Assembly: GCA_963783385.1 (NCBI GenBank)
Contig: CAWANJ010000006.1
Coordinates: 352,001-416,000, forward strand
Source: an uncultured Gemmatimonadales bacterium
GTDB taxonomy: Bacteria; Gemmatimonadota; Gemmatimonadetes; Palauibacterales; Palauibacteraceae
Reading direction: 5' to 3'
DNA: 64,000 nucleotides
The notes under the pieces: generated by a model
What the model was told of the DNA's origin: nothing
The model's input: the letters and a program-made list of their open reading frames with translations, nothing else
The model's database searches: none
Shown here: one piece after another, positions 41,881 through 50,018 of the stretch
How the letters are laid out: every line of letters starts with the position of its first letter
Position numbering within the stretch: the first letter of the stretch is position 1
Program-made: the position numbers and the translations under genes

Positions 41881-42222
41881 CTACAGGCGGTAACGAGCCT
41901 TCATGTCCTGGTAGCGGCCGAACGCCTTGCGGTCCAGCTCCGGGCGCAGATAGGCATCGAGCAGGGGGACGAGCTGCTCGCGGAGGAAGACCCCCCGGGC
42001 CATCCACTGAAAGTAGCGGCGGCCACTGTGGTGATAGGGCCCGTAAAGCTTCCCGCCCGGAAACGCGTCCTCGATCCAGCGAAACAGCGTCTCGTGGTCC
42101 GTGTGCATGCGGAGGGTCACCTGCGGCTGGCGGCCGTCCCCCCCGAAATGGCCCTCTCCGACGAGGACGCCGAGGAGGAACCCGCGCCGAAACTCCTCCG
42201 AGTGGACCGCCTCCGGCGTCAT
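41881..42222 (-). CDS. Small single-motif LAGLIDADG-like protein
   Basis: 113 aa; FLLGVLVGEGHF resembles the LAGLIDADG helix; SD-like GGAGG upstream; codon usage like neighbouring genes. Confidence 0.7.
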   Translation of the reverse strand: MTPEAVHSEEFRRGFLLGVLVGEGHFGGDGRQPQVTLRMHTDHETLFRWIEDAFPGGKLYGPYHHSGRRYFQWMARGVFLREQLVPLLDAYLRPELDRKAFGRYQDMKARYRL

Positions 42223-42252
42223 CCCCCATCCTCCCTGGTTGTTTCACCGTAA

Positions 42253-42268
42253 GGTTTCCCGTGCAACA
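42253..42268. promoter_or_regulatory. Degenerate parS site
   Basis: GGTTTCCCGTGCAACA, 3 mismatches to TGTTTCACGTGAAACA; half-site TGTTTCAC at 42240-47. Confidence 0.5.
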
Positions 42269-42377
42269 GCTTCCGGGGGACCGGGCGGCCGCGCAAGGGG
42301 CGGTTCGGAGAGGGCGGGGCAGCCACGTCCGGGGGCGGGAGGCGCCCGGTCCCGCCGCGGGTCCGCGGGGGGGCCGA

Positions 42378-42393
42378 TGTTTAACGTGAAACA
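42378..42393. promoter_or_regulatory. parS centromere site
   Basis: TGTTTAACGTGAAACA, 1 mismatch to consensus, ~140 bp upstream of parA. Confidence 0.88.
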
Positions 42394-42529
42394 TGCCCGC
42401 GGGGGCCCGGGGCCGCTTGGCGCGCTCCGGACGCTCCCCGTATATTCGCTCCGGCGGCCCGACGCGCGGGCCCCTCGCCTGCGCGAGCGTCCTCGCCGAG
42501 CGACTCCCGATCCATCCAGCGACCGGTCC

Positions 42530-43315
42530 ATGGCCCGCGTCATAGCTATCGCGAACCAGAAGGGCGGCGTGGGCAAGACCACGACCGCCATCAACCTCGG
42601 TGCTTCCCTCGCGGTGGCCGAGAAGCACACCCTGGTGGTCGATTGCGACCCCCAGGGCAACGCGACCAGCGGCTTCGGGGTTCGCAAGGACGTCGGCGAG
42701 CCCTCGACCTACGACTGCATCGTGGACGGGGTGCCGATCGCGGAGGCCACCCGACGAGAGGTGCACTTCCCCTTCCTCGACGTGGTGCCGGCCAGCCGCG
42801 ACCTGGCCGGGGCGGAGATCGAGCTCATCGACCGGCCCGAGCGCGAGAAGCGGCTCCGGCGGGCGCTGGACGAGGTGCGCGAGGACTACGAGTACATCCT
42901 CATCGACTCGCCCCCGTCCCTGGGGCTCCTGACGCTGAACGCGCTGGCGGCGGCCGACACGGTGCTGATCCCGATCCAGTGCGAGTTCTACGCCCTGGAG
43001 GGGCTCAGCCAGCTCCTCAACACCGTCCGGCTCGTGCAGAGGAACATCAACACCGAGCTGGCGATCGAGGGCGTCCTGCTCACCATGTACGATTCGCGGC
43101 TCAATCTCTCGAAGCAGGTGGCCGAGGAGGCGAGGGAGTACTTCGGCGGCAAGGTGTTCCAGACCATCATCCCGCGGAACATCCGCCTCGCGGAGGCGCC
43201 GAGCTTCGGGAAGCCGATCGCCCTGTACGACGTCCTGTCCACGGGCGCCCGCGGCTATCTCAGCCTCGCCCGGGAGATCATCCGGAAGGACGAGAGGAAG
43301 CGCAAGGTTGGCTAA
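42530..43315 (+). CDS. parA: Chromosome partitioning ATPase ParA/Soj
   Basis: IANQKGGVGKTTT, DPQGNAT, DSPPSLG, QCEFYALEG, IPRNIRLAEAPSFG. Confidence 0.97.
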   Translation: MARVIAIANQKGGVGKTTTAINLGASLAVAEKHTLVVDCDPQGNATSGFGVRKDVGEPSTYDCIVDGVPIAEATRREVHFPFLDVVPASRDLAGAEIELIDRPEREKRLRRALDEVREDYEYILIDSPPSLGLLTLNALAAADTVLIPIQCEFYALEGLSQLLNTVRLVQRNINTELAIEGVLLTMYDSRLNLSKQVAEEAREYFGGKVFQTIIPRNIRLAEAPSFGKPIALYDVLSTGARGYLSLAREIIRKDERKRKVG

Positions 43316-44207
43316 GGGAGAGAGCCGTCTGGGCAAGGGGCTGGGAGCCCTCCTCGGGGAGTACATGGAGGAGGGCGAGAGCCGGGCCGCCGAGCGCGAG
43401 ATCCCGGTGACCCGGATCCGTCCGAACCCGTTCCAGCCGCGCACCGAGTTCGAGCCGTCGGCGCTGGCCGAGCTGGCCGAGTCCATCCGGGCGAATGGCC
43501 TCCTTCAGCCCCTCGTCGTCCGTCCCTCCGGCGAAGAGTGGGAGATCGTGGCGGGAGAGCGTCGCTGGCGGGCGCTCCAGGAGCTGGGTCGCAAGCGCGC
43601 CCCCGTCATCGTCCGCGAGCTCAGCGACGAGCAGATGCTCGTGCTGGCGCTGGTCGAGAACCTCCAGCGCGAGAGCCTCTCCCCACTCGACGAGGCCCTC
43701 GGGTACCGCCAGCTGCAGGAGGGGTTCGGCCTCACTCAGCAGGAGGTCGCAGAGCGCATCGGACAGGCGAGGTCGACGGTCGCTAACGCATTGCGCCTCT
43801 TGAACTTGCCAGAGTCTATTCGGGCCATGCTGGCCGGCGGCCGGCTCACGGCGGGGCATGGTCGGGCCCTCCTCGGGCTCGAGGACGAGGAGGCGCAGCT
43901 GGCCCTGGCCCGCAAGGTGGTCGCCGACGACCTGTCGGTTCGCGCAACGGAACGGCGGGTGCGTCGTCTCAAGGATGGCGGCGCGGCGAAGACGCGTCGG
44001 CGCCGGGGCCCTTCCGGTCGGCGCGATCCGGTGGCGGACCGGGCGGGACAGATCCTCGAGCGCACGCTGGGGACGCAGGTCAGGGTATCCCTCCGCGGCG
44101 CGGAGGAGGGGGAGATCGGGATCGTGTTCCACGACGCGGACGAGTTCGAGCGGCTCGTGCGGATGATGGCCGGCGAGGACGCGTCCGACCTGTTCGACGG
44201 GTCGTGA
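43308..44207 (+). CDS. parB: Chromosome partitioning protein ParB/Spo0J
   Basis: LGKGLGAL, NPFQPR, AGERRWRA, ENLQRE, HTH RSTVANALRLL. Confidence 0.97.
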   Translation: MAKGESRLGKGLGALLGEYMEEGESRAAEREIPVTRIRPNPFQPRTEFEPSALAELAESIRANGLLQPLVVRPSGEEWEIVAGERRWRALQELGRKRAPVIVRELSDEQMLVLALVENLQRESLSPLDEALGYRQLQEGFGLTQQEVAERIGQARSTVANALRLLNLPESIRAMLAGGRLTAGHGRALLGLEDEEAQLALARKVVADDLSVRATERRVRRLKDGGAAKTRRRRGPSGRRDPVADRAGQILERTLGTQVRVSLRGAEEGEIGIVFHDADEFERLVRMMAGEDASDLFDGS

Positions 44208-44214
44208 GACGACG

Positions 44215-45000
44215 GTGAGCGATCCGCGAGGCGCCAGCTGGACGGTGGTGCTGCTCAGGCGGGGCGGCATGACCTCCCGGTCCTGGCAGCTCGGACGCCG
44301 GCGCGTCCTGCTGGTCGGGGGGGCCGTGGTCCTGGTGGTCCTCGTGCTGGGGGGCGGCGCCGGTTACCTGTGGGGGGCGCACGTGCGCTCGGCCGTCGAG
44401 GCGAGACTGCAGGCCCGCGTCGAGCGCTTCGACCGCGACCGGGCCAAGATCGTCGCGCTGGCGGCCCGACTCGACAGTGTCGCGGGGGCGTACGATCGCC
44501 TGCGGCGGGTGATGGGAGGCGCGGAGGGCAAGTCGGACGAGGACGTGAACCTGCCCCCGGCGACGCCGGAGGAGGAGACGCCCCCGCCGGCCGTCGCCCG
44601 GGGAGCGCCGTCGGGGCTGGACTGGCCGCTCGCGCAGCGGGGCTTCGTGACCCGCGTCCACCAGGAGGGCGGCGCCGGGGCCTCGGAAGGCCATCCGGGC
44701 ATGGACATCGCGGTGCCGACGGGCTCGTACGTGCGGGCCGCCGCCCGGGGCGTGGTGTCCGAGGTGGGAGACGACCCGGTGTACGGCCACTACGTGCGCG
44801 TCAGGCACGGTGGTGGCATCGTGACCCTGTACGCCCACAACCTGTGGCTGTTCGTGGCGCGCGGGGATTCGGTCGAGCGAGACGAGGTGATCGCGCTCTC
44901 GGGCAGCTCGGGACGCTCGACGGCGCCCCATTTGCATTTCGAAGTGACCAGGAACGGCCGGTCCATGGATCCGGCGCGGCTTCTGCCGCCCGGGGATTGA
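44215..45000 (+). CDS. M23 family peptidoglycan metallopeptidase
   Basis: TM and coiled coil, then HPGMD, YAH, SGRSTAPHLHFE. Confidence 0.9.
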   Translation: MSDPRGASWTVVLLRRGGMTSRSWQLGRRRVLLVGGAVVLVVLVLGGGAGYLWGAHVRSAVEARLQARVERFDRDRAKIVALAARLDSVAGAYDRLRRVMGGAEGKSDEDVNLPPATPEEETPPPAVARGAPSGLDWPLAQRGFVTRVHQEGGAGASEGHPGMDIAVPTGSYVRAAARGVVSEVGDDPVYGHYVRVRHGGGIVTLYAHNLWLFVARGDSVERDEVIALSGSSGRSTAPHLHFEVTRNGRSMDPARLLPPGD

Positions 45001-45030
45001 CCGGCGGTTCGGCAAGAGGAGGGGCAGAGG

Positions 45031-45459
45031 ATGGTGAATCGAGCATTGGGACGGATCGAGGGCCGCGAGGCCAGCGACGTGGTCTCGATCATCGGGCCCG
45101 GCATGACGGTGACGGGCGATTGCGACACGGACGGGACGCTGCGCGTGGAGGGGACCGTCCAGGGCGGCGTGCGCGCCGCCAAGGCGGTCGTCGTCGGCAA
45201 GGGCGGAACGATCCGCGGGGACATCGACACACAGGACGCCGTGGTCGCGGGCCGCGTGACCGGGAGCATCACGGCCGCCAGCCGCGTGGAGCTCCAGGCC
45301 GGGTGCCGGGTCGAGGGGGACATCCACAGTCGCCGCGTGAAGCTCGAGGAGGGCGGAGTCGTGGACGGTCGCCTCGAGATGGGCGACAGGGCCGGGCGGA
45401 CGGCGACTTCTCCACACTCGGGCGCCAGCGTGGCCCGCGCGGGAGGAGAGGCGGGGTGA
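45031..45459 (+). CDS. Bactofilin (polymer-forming cytoskeletal protein)
   Basis: [33 protein letters not shown] beta-helix repeats. Confidence 0.92.
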   Translation: MVNRALGRIEGREASDVVSIIGPGMTVTGDCDTDGTLRVEGTVQGGVRAAKAVVVGKGGTIRGDIDTQDAVVAGRVTGSITAASRVELQAGCRVEGDIHSRRVKLEEGGVVDGRLEMGDRAGRTATSPHSGASVARAGGEAG

Positions 45460-45511
45460 GTTTTCCACACCCCACGGGGAAAACGTCAGCCTGCCAAATC
45501 GGCGGGTCCCG

Positions 45512-46636
45512 ATGAGCGCCTCGCCCTTCCTGTCGGGCCGTCCGATCGCGCCCGACCCCATTGCCGGCGGGGAGACCGCCGCCGAGCTCATCGAACGCAC
45601 TTTCCTCGCCTACAACGCGGCGCGCCTCAGGGAAGCTTGCCGGCTCCTGACCGAGAAGATGCTCCGCCCCGACGTCACGGTGGGGATGAGCCTCACGGGA
45701 GCCCTCACGCCCGCTGGCCTCGGGATGGCCGCCCTCATCCCGCTCGTGCGGGCCGGGTTCGTCGACTGGGTCGTGTCCACGGGGGCCAACCTCTATCATG
45801 ACACCCACTTCGGACTCGGCCTCTCGATGCGCCGGGGTCGCCACGACGTGAGCGACGTGTCCCTGCGCGACGAGGGGGTCGTCCGCATCTACGACATCTT
45901 CTTCTCCTATGACGTCCTGCTGTCGACCGACGCCTTCTTCCGCGAAGTGATCCGGCAGGAGGAGTTCCAGCACACCATGTCGAGCGCCGAATTCCACTGG
46001 AGACTGGGACGCTACGTGGCCGAGAGGGAGACCGCCCTGGGCATCGAGGGCAAGTCCTTCCTGGCCGCGTGCCACCGGGCGGGCGTGCCCGTGTACACCT
46101 CCTCGCCCGGCGACAGCTCGATCGGGATGAACCTGGCGGCGACGCGGCTGGAAGGAGGCTCCTGCATCCTCGATTCCTCCCTGGACGTGAACGAGACCGC
46201 GTCGATCGTGCTGGGCGCCAAGCGCGACGGGGGCAAGAGCGCCGTCGCGATCATGGGGGGAGGCAGCCCCAAGAACTTCATGCTGCAGACCGAGCCTCAG
46301 ATCCAGGAGGTCCTCGGCATCGAGGAGCGCGGGCACGATTACTTTCTGCAGGTCACCGACGCGCGGCCCGACACGGGCGGCCTGTCCGGCGCCACCCCGG
46401 GGGAGGCGGTGAGCTGGGGCAAGGTCGATCCCGAGAGGTTGCCGGACGCGGTCGTGTGCTATACGGACGTGACGCTCGCCCTTCCCCTCCTCACGAGCTA
46501 CGCCCTGACCCGGCACGAGCCCCGGCCCCTGCGACGCCTGTACGACCGGCGCGAAGAGCTGCTCGGACGCCTGGAAGAGGAGTACGGGGCCGCGGGCGGC
46601 GAGGCGCCGTCGGAGGGTGCCCGGGGCGAGGCCTGA
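45512..46636 (+). CDS. Deoxyhypusine synthase-like protein (probable homospermidine biosynthesis)
   Basis: [46 protein letters not shown]. Confidence 0.9.
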   Translation: MSASPFLSGRPIAPDPIAGGETAAELIERTFLAYNAARLREACRLLTEKMLRPDVTVGMSLTGALTPAGLGMAALIPLVRAGFVDWVVSTGANLYHDTHFGLGLSMRRGRHDVSDVSLRDEGVVRIYDIFFSYDVLLSTDAFFREVIRQEEFQHTMSSAEFHWRLGRYVAERETALGIEGKSFLAACHRAGVPVYTSSPGDSSIGMNLAATRLEGGSCILDSSLDVNETASIVLGAKRDGGKSAVAIMGGGSPKNFMLQTEPQIQEVLGIEERGHDYFLQVTDARPDTGGLSGATPGEAVSWGKVDPERLPDAVVCYTDVTLALPLLTSYALTRHEPRPLRRLYDRREELLGRLEEEYGAAGGEAPSEGARGEA

Positions 46637-46652
46637 GAGAGCGAGGCGAGCG

Positions 46653-47600
46653 GTGTCGGATCTCTACATCCGCGCCCTGATCTTCGCCGGCGGCCTGGCG
46701 GCGCTGACCCTCGGGGCCGACTGCCTGGTGCGTGGGGGCTCGCGCCTGGCCGGGCGGTTCGGCCTGCCCCCACTCGTCATCGGACTCACCGTCGTCGCCT
46801 TCGGCACGTCGGCGCCCGAGCTGGTCGTGTCGGGCGGAGCTGCCCTGCGAGGCGAGCCGGGACTGGCGCTCGGAAACGTCATGGGGTCCACGGTCGCCAA
46901 CGTGGGGCTCATCGTCGGCCTCGGAGCGCTCATCCGCCCCATCGACGTCCACCGCCGGCTTCTCGTGCGCGAGAGTCCCCTGCTCGTCTTCGTCCTCGCC
47001 ATCGTGGTCGTCCTCTCCTGGAACGACGCGCTCGGACGGCTGGACGGTCTCGCACTCGTCACCGGCTTCGCCATTTACCTCTTCTTCCTGGTCCGCTGGG
47101 GCCGGGGTGATGAGAGCGGCGCCGCCCACCGGGAGGGCGGCGCCGAAGGGGAAGCGCGCTCCACGGGGCGGGACGTGGGGCTCACCCTGGTCGGACTGGC
47201 GGCGCTGCTGTTCGGCGCGCACTTCGTGCTGGAGAGCGCGGTCGACATGGCGCGTGCCTACCACGTACCCCAGGCCGTCATCGGCGCCAGCATGGTGGCC
47301 GTCGGAACCTCCCTCCCGGAGCTGGCCTCGACGGTGGCGGCGGCCTTCCGCGGACTGGGCGACATCGCGATCGGCAACATCATCGGCTCCAACGTCTTCA
47401 ATCTGGGCTTCGTGCTCGGTACGGCCGCCCTGCTGCGTCCCCTGCAGCTCCCGCCGCTGGCGGTGGCCCGCATGGTCGGGCCCGCCCTGCTGTTCTCCGT
47501 TCTGCTGGTGCCCCTGGCCTACACGGGCATGCGCGTGGAGCGGTGGGAGGGGCTCCTCCTCCTGGTGGGCTACCTGGGCTTCCTGTACTGGATCTTCTGA
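46653..47600 (+). CDS. Calcium/sodium antiporter (YrbG-like)
   Basis: Two alpha repeats: GTSAPE..GNVMGS and GTSLPE..GNIIGSN. Confidence 0.92.
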   Translation: MSDLYIRALIFAGGLAALTLGADCLVRGGSRLAGRFGLPPLVIGLTVVAFGTSAPELVVSGGAALRGEPGLALGNVMGSTVANVGLIVGLGALIRPIDVHRRLLVRESPLLVFVLAIVVVLSWNDALGRLDGLALVTGFAIYLFFLVRWGRGDESGAAHREGGAEGEARSTGRDVGLTLVGLAALLFGAHFVLESAVDMARAYHVPQAVIGASMVAVGTSLPELASTVAAAFRGLGDIAIGNIIGSNVFNLGFVLGTAALLRPLQLPPLAVARMVGPALLFSVLLVPLAYTGMRVERWEGLLLLVGYLGFLYWIF

Positions 47601-47692
47601 GCGCACGCCCGAGACAGCGCCAGGTGTCTCCGCTTTTCGTCATCACAAAGCGGGCCGCGGAGCCGCCGGCGGGCCCCTCCGGCCGGCCGGGC

Positions 47693-47722
47693 TTGTAAAG
47701 CATTCTACGTAAAGCGTATCCT
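47693..47722 (+). promoter_or_regulatory. Probable leaderless promoter/operator of the TA pair
   Basis: TTGTAA-N18-TATCCT ending 6 nt before the ATG; direct repeat GTAAAGC at 47695 and 47709. Confidence 0.55.
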
Positions 47723-47728
47723 CTGTTC

Positions 47729-47989
47729 ATGGCCACCTCCGTCAAGATGAGCAGCAAGCACCAGATCGTAGTCCCGAAGGAGGCCCGCGAGGCGCTGGGG
47801 CTGGAGGCCGGCGACCGGCTGGTCGTGACGGTGCGGGACGACGGCGTGATCGAGATGGAGCCCGAGCCGCACGACCTGGTCGAGGAGCTGGCCGGGATCC
47901 TGTCGGCGGCGGTCCCGGAAAGCGGCGCGACCCCGGCCGGGTCGCCGGGCCGGGACGACGGCCTGTGGCCGGAGCTCCGGGACGCGTGA
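47729..47989 (+). CDS. AbrB/MazE/SpoVT-family antitoxin (VapB-like)
   Basis: VKMSSKHQIVVPKEAREALGLEAGDRL. Confidence 0.88.
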   Translation: MATSVKMSSKHQIVVPKEAREALGLEAGDRLVVTVRDDGVIEMEPEPHDLVEELAGILSAAVPESGATPAGSPGRDDGLWPELRDA

Positions 47990-48047
47990 TGGGATTCCCC
48001 CGTCTCCGTCATCCCCGGCCGGGCGCCATGATGGCCGCGGCGCGCGA

Positions 48048-48527
48048 GTGAGCCTCCGGGCGAGGTTCACCGACCGCCTCGAGGAGGCCCGCCGGGTACA
48101 CGTCGACGCCCGGGTGCTGGCCTACCACCTGCTCGGGCGCCCGCCCTACGCCAACCTGGCGCGCCTGCTCCTGGACGGCGTGCGCTCGGGGAGGATCGAG
48201 GCCCAGACCTCCTCCCTGTCCCTGTATCAGCTGCTCGCCGAGCCGTACCGCACCGGTTCCGAGGAGGCCGCCGGCCGCGTGGCCCGGTACGTCTCGGCCT
48301 TTCCGGGCCTGGACATGGTGCCGGTAGGGGCGTCGGTGGCGCGGCAGGCGGCCCAGGTTCAGGCGCGGCTCGGGGGCCGGCCGGAACGCTCGATCCAGGT
48401 GGCCACGGCCCTGGCCGGCGCCGCGGACCTGTTCGTCACGCGCGGGAGCGGCCTCCGGCGCGTCGCGGGAATGGAAGTGCTCGACCTGGACGACTACCTG
48501 CAGCCGGCCGACCGCCCGGGAGCCTGA
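48048..48527 (+). CDS. PIN-domain (VapC-like) protein
   Basis: VHVDARVL N-terminus, S.LS..QLL, ATAL..GADLFVT; lies downstream of the AbrB gene. Confidence 0.78.
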   Translation: MSLRARFTDRLEEARRVHVDARVLAYHLLGRPPYANLARLLLDGVRSGRIEAQTSSLSLYQLLAEPYRTGSEEAAGRVARYVSAFPGLDMVPVGASVARQAAQVQARLGGRPERSIQVATALAGAADLFVTRGSGLRRVAGMEVLDLDDYLQPADRPGA

Positions 48528-48584
48528 GCCGGAGCCGCACCCCGCGGCCCGGACACGGCCGCCGGCCCGCCGCCGGCGTCCCGA

Positions 48585-49835
48585 TCAGTCCAGCAGCCTG
48601 AACAAGAGGCCCGACGGGATCTTGGGCCAGAAGTAGGTGCTCTTGGGCGGAAGCCGGTGGCCGCTCCGCGCCAGCTCCCACACCCGGCCCGGCTCGAGGG
48701 GCGGCAGGAGGAAGGCGGCGCCCTCCTTCCCCGCGGCCCGCGACGCCTCCCCGGCGTCCCGGTGATAGGAGAGCAGGCCGCTGCGCACCGCCTCGTCCGG
48801 ACCGGCGCCGAAGCCGCCGCGCAACACGAGCCGGTCGAACAGGACCGCCGCCGGTGGGGCCTCGAGGCCGGACCGCTCGAGCGCGTCGGACCTCGCGCGA
48901 AGGCGCCAGGCGCCCTCCGGCGTAGCGGCCACCAGCTCCCCGGACCGGGCTCGACGGGCGGCCTCGGGCAGGGCTCGCTCGCCCCCCGACCCCAGCGCTT
49001 CGAGGACGAACGCGGGCTCGAGGATGGACCGCCAGCCGACCGCTCCCGACGGAGGGCGGCGCAGCACCCGGTGGGTCGGAAGGATGACCAGGCCCGGGTC
49101 GCGCTCGCCCACCACGCAGGCGAGCACGCTCGATGCCCCGCGGGGCGCCGCGGTATCGGCCGCGAGGGCGAGCGAGGTCTCGTAGCGGTGGTGTCCATCC
49201 GCCACGAGCAGCGGGAGCGCCCCGGCCGCTCCGAGGAGCCGGGTCTCGCCACCGGACGGCACCCGCCACAGGACGTGGAGGATCCCGTCCTCGGTTCGGG
49301 CACGGAGCACGGGCCCCCGCCGGGCCGCCGCCTCGCGGGCCGATGCCAGCGCCCGCTCCAGGTCTCCCGCGGGGTCGCGGGCCACCAGGAAGATGGGCGA
49401 GAGCTGGGCGCGGCAGGCCCGCATGAGGGCCAGGCGGTCCTCCCTGGGCCCCGGGTGGGTCTCCTCGTGGGGCAGCACCTGCCCCTCCGCGAACGGGCTC
49501 GCCTCGAGCGCGGCGACGATCGCCGTACGCGTGAGGGTGCCGGATGCGTCCCCGGGCACCGGAAAGCCCTGATCGTACAGGTAGACGGTCGGCTCCGGGT
49601 CCGTGGCCAGGATGCCCTCGTCGAGCCAGGTGCGCAGCTGGTCGGCGGCCAGTCCGTACCGGTCGGGGACGGGGCCCTCGGGCAGCACGAGCCGCACAGC
49701 GTTGTGTGGACCGAGCTCGCGTAGCGCCGCGGCCCGCTCGGGCCCGATCACGTCGTAGGGCGGCGCCAGGAGCCGTTCCGGCTCTCCGGCCGCGGCGGTG
49801 AAACGCGTCGCCTGGAAGGGGTGGAGTCGGGGCAT
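48585..49835 (-). CDS. DUF1015 family protein
   Basis: ATG 49835; APPYDVI, PHEET, ADGHHRYET, PTHR, PPKSTYFWPK. Confidence 0.9.
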   Translation of the reverse strand: MPRLHPFQATRFTAAAGEPERLLAPPYDVIGPERAAALRELGPHNAVRLVLPEGPVPDRYGLAADQLRTWLDEGILATDPEPTVYLYDQGFPVPGDASGTLTRTAIVAALEASPFAEGQVLPHEETHPGPREDRLALMRACRAQLSPIFLVARDPAGDLERALASAREAAARRGPVLRARTEDGILHVLWRVPSGGETRLLGAAGALPLLVADGHHRYETSLALAADTAAPRGASSVLACVVGERDPGLVILPTHRVLRRPPSGAVGWRSILEPAFVLEALGSGGERALPEAARRARSGELVAATPEGAWRLRARSDALERSGLEAPPAAVLFDRLVLRGGFGAGPDEAVRSGLLSYHRDAGEASRAAGKEGAAFLLPPLEPGRVWELARSGHRLPPKSTYFWPKIPSGLLFRLLD

Positions 49836-50018
49836 GCGGGTGTGTCGTCCGTGGCTCGGGGAACCGGGGTCCGCCTTCGGGCCGGGAACGTCGGACGGAC
49901 GGGGCCTCCAGGCAAGCGGCGCGGGCCGTGCCGCCCGGTGCCGCCTCGGCGGTTGCGCCCGCGCGTCCCCGCTCCGAGCATGGAGGCAGCCCACCCTCAC
50001 ACACGGAGACGAAGCTCC

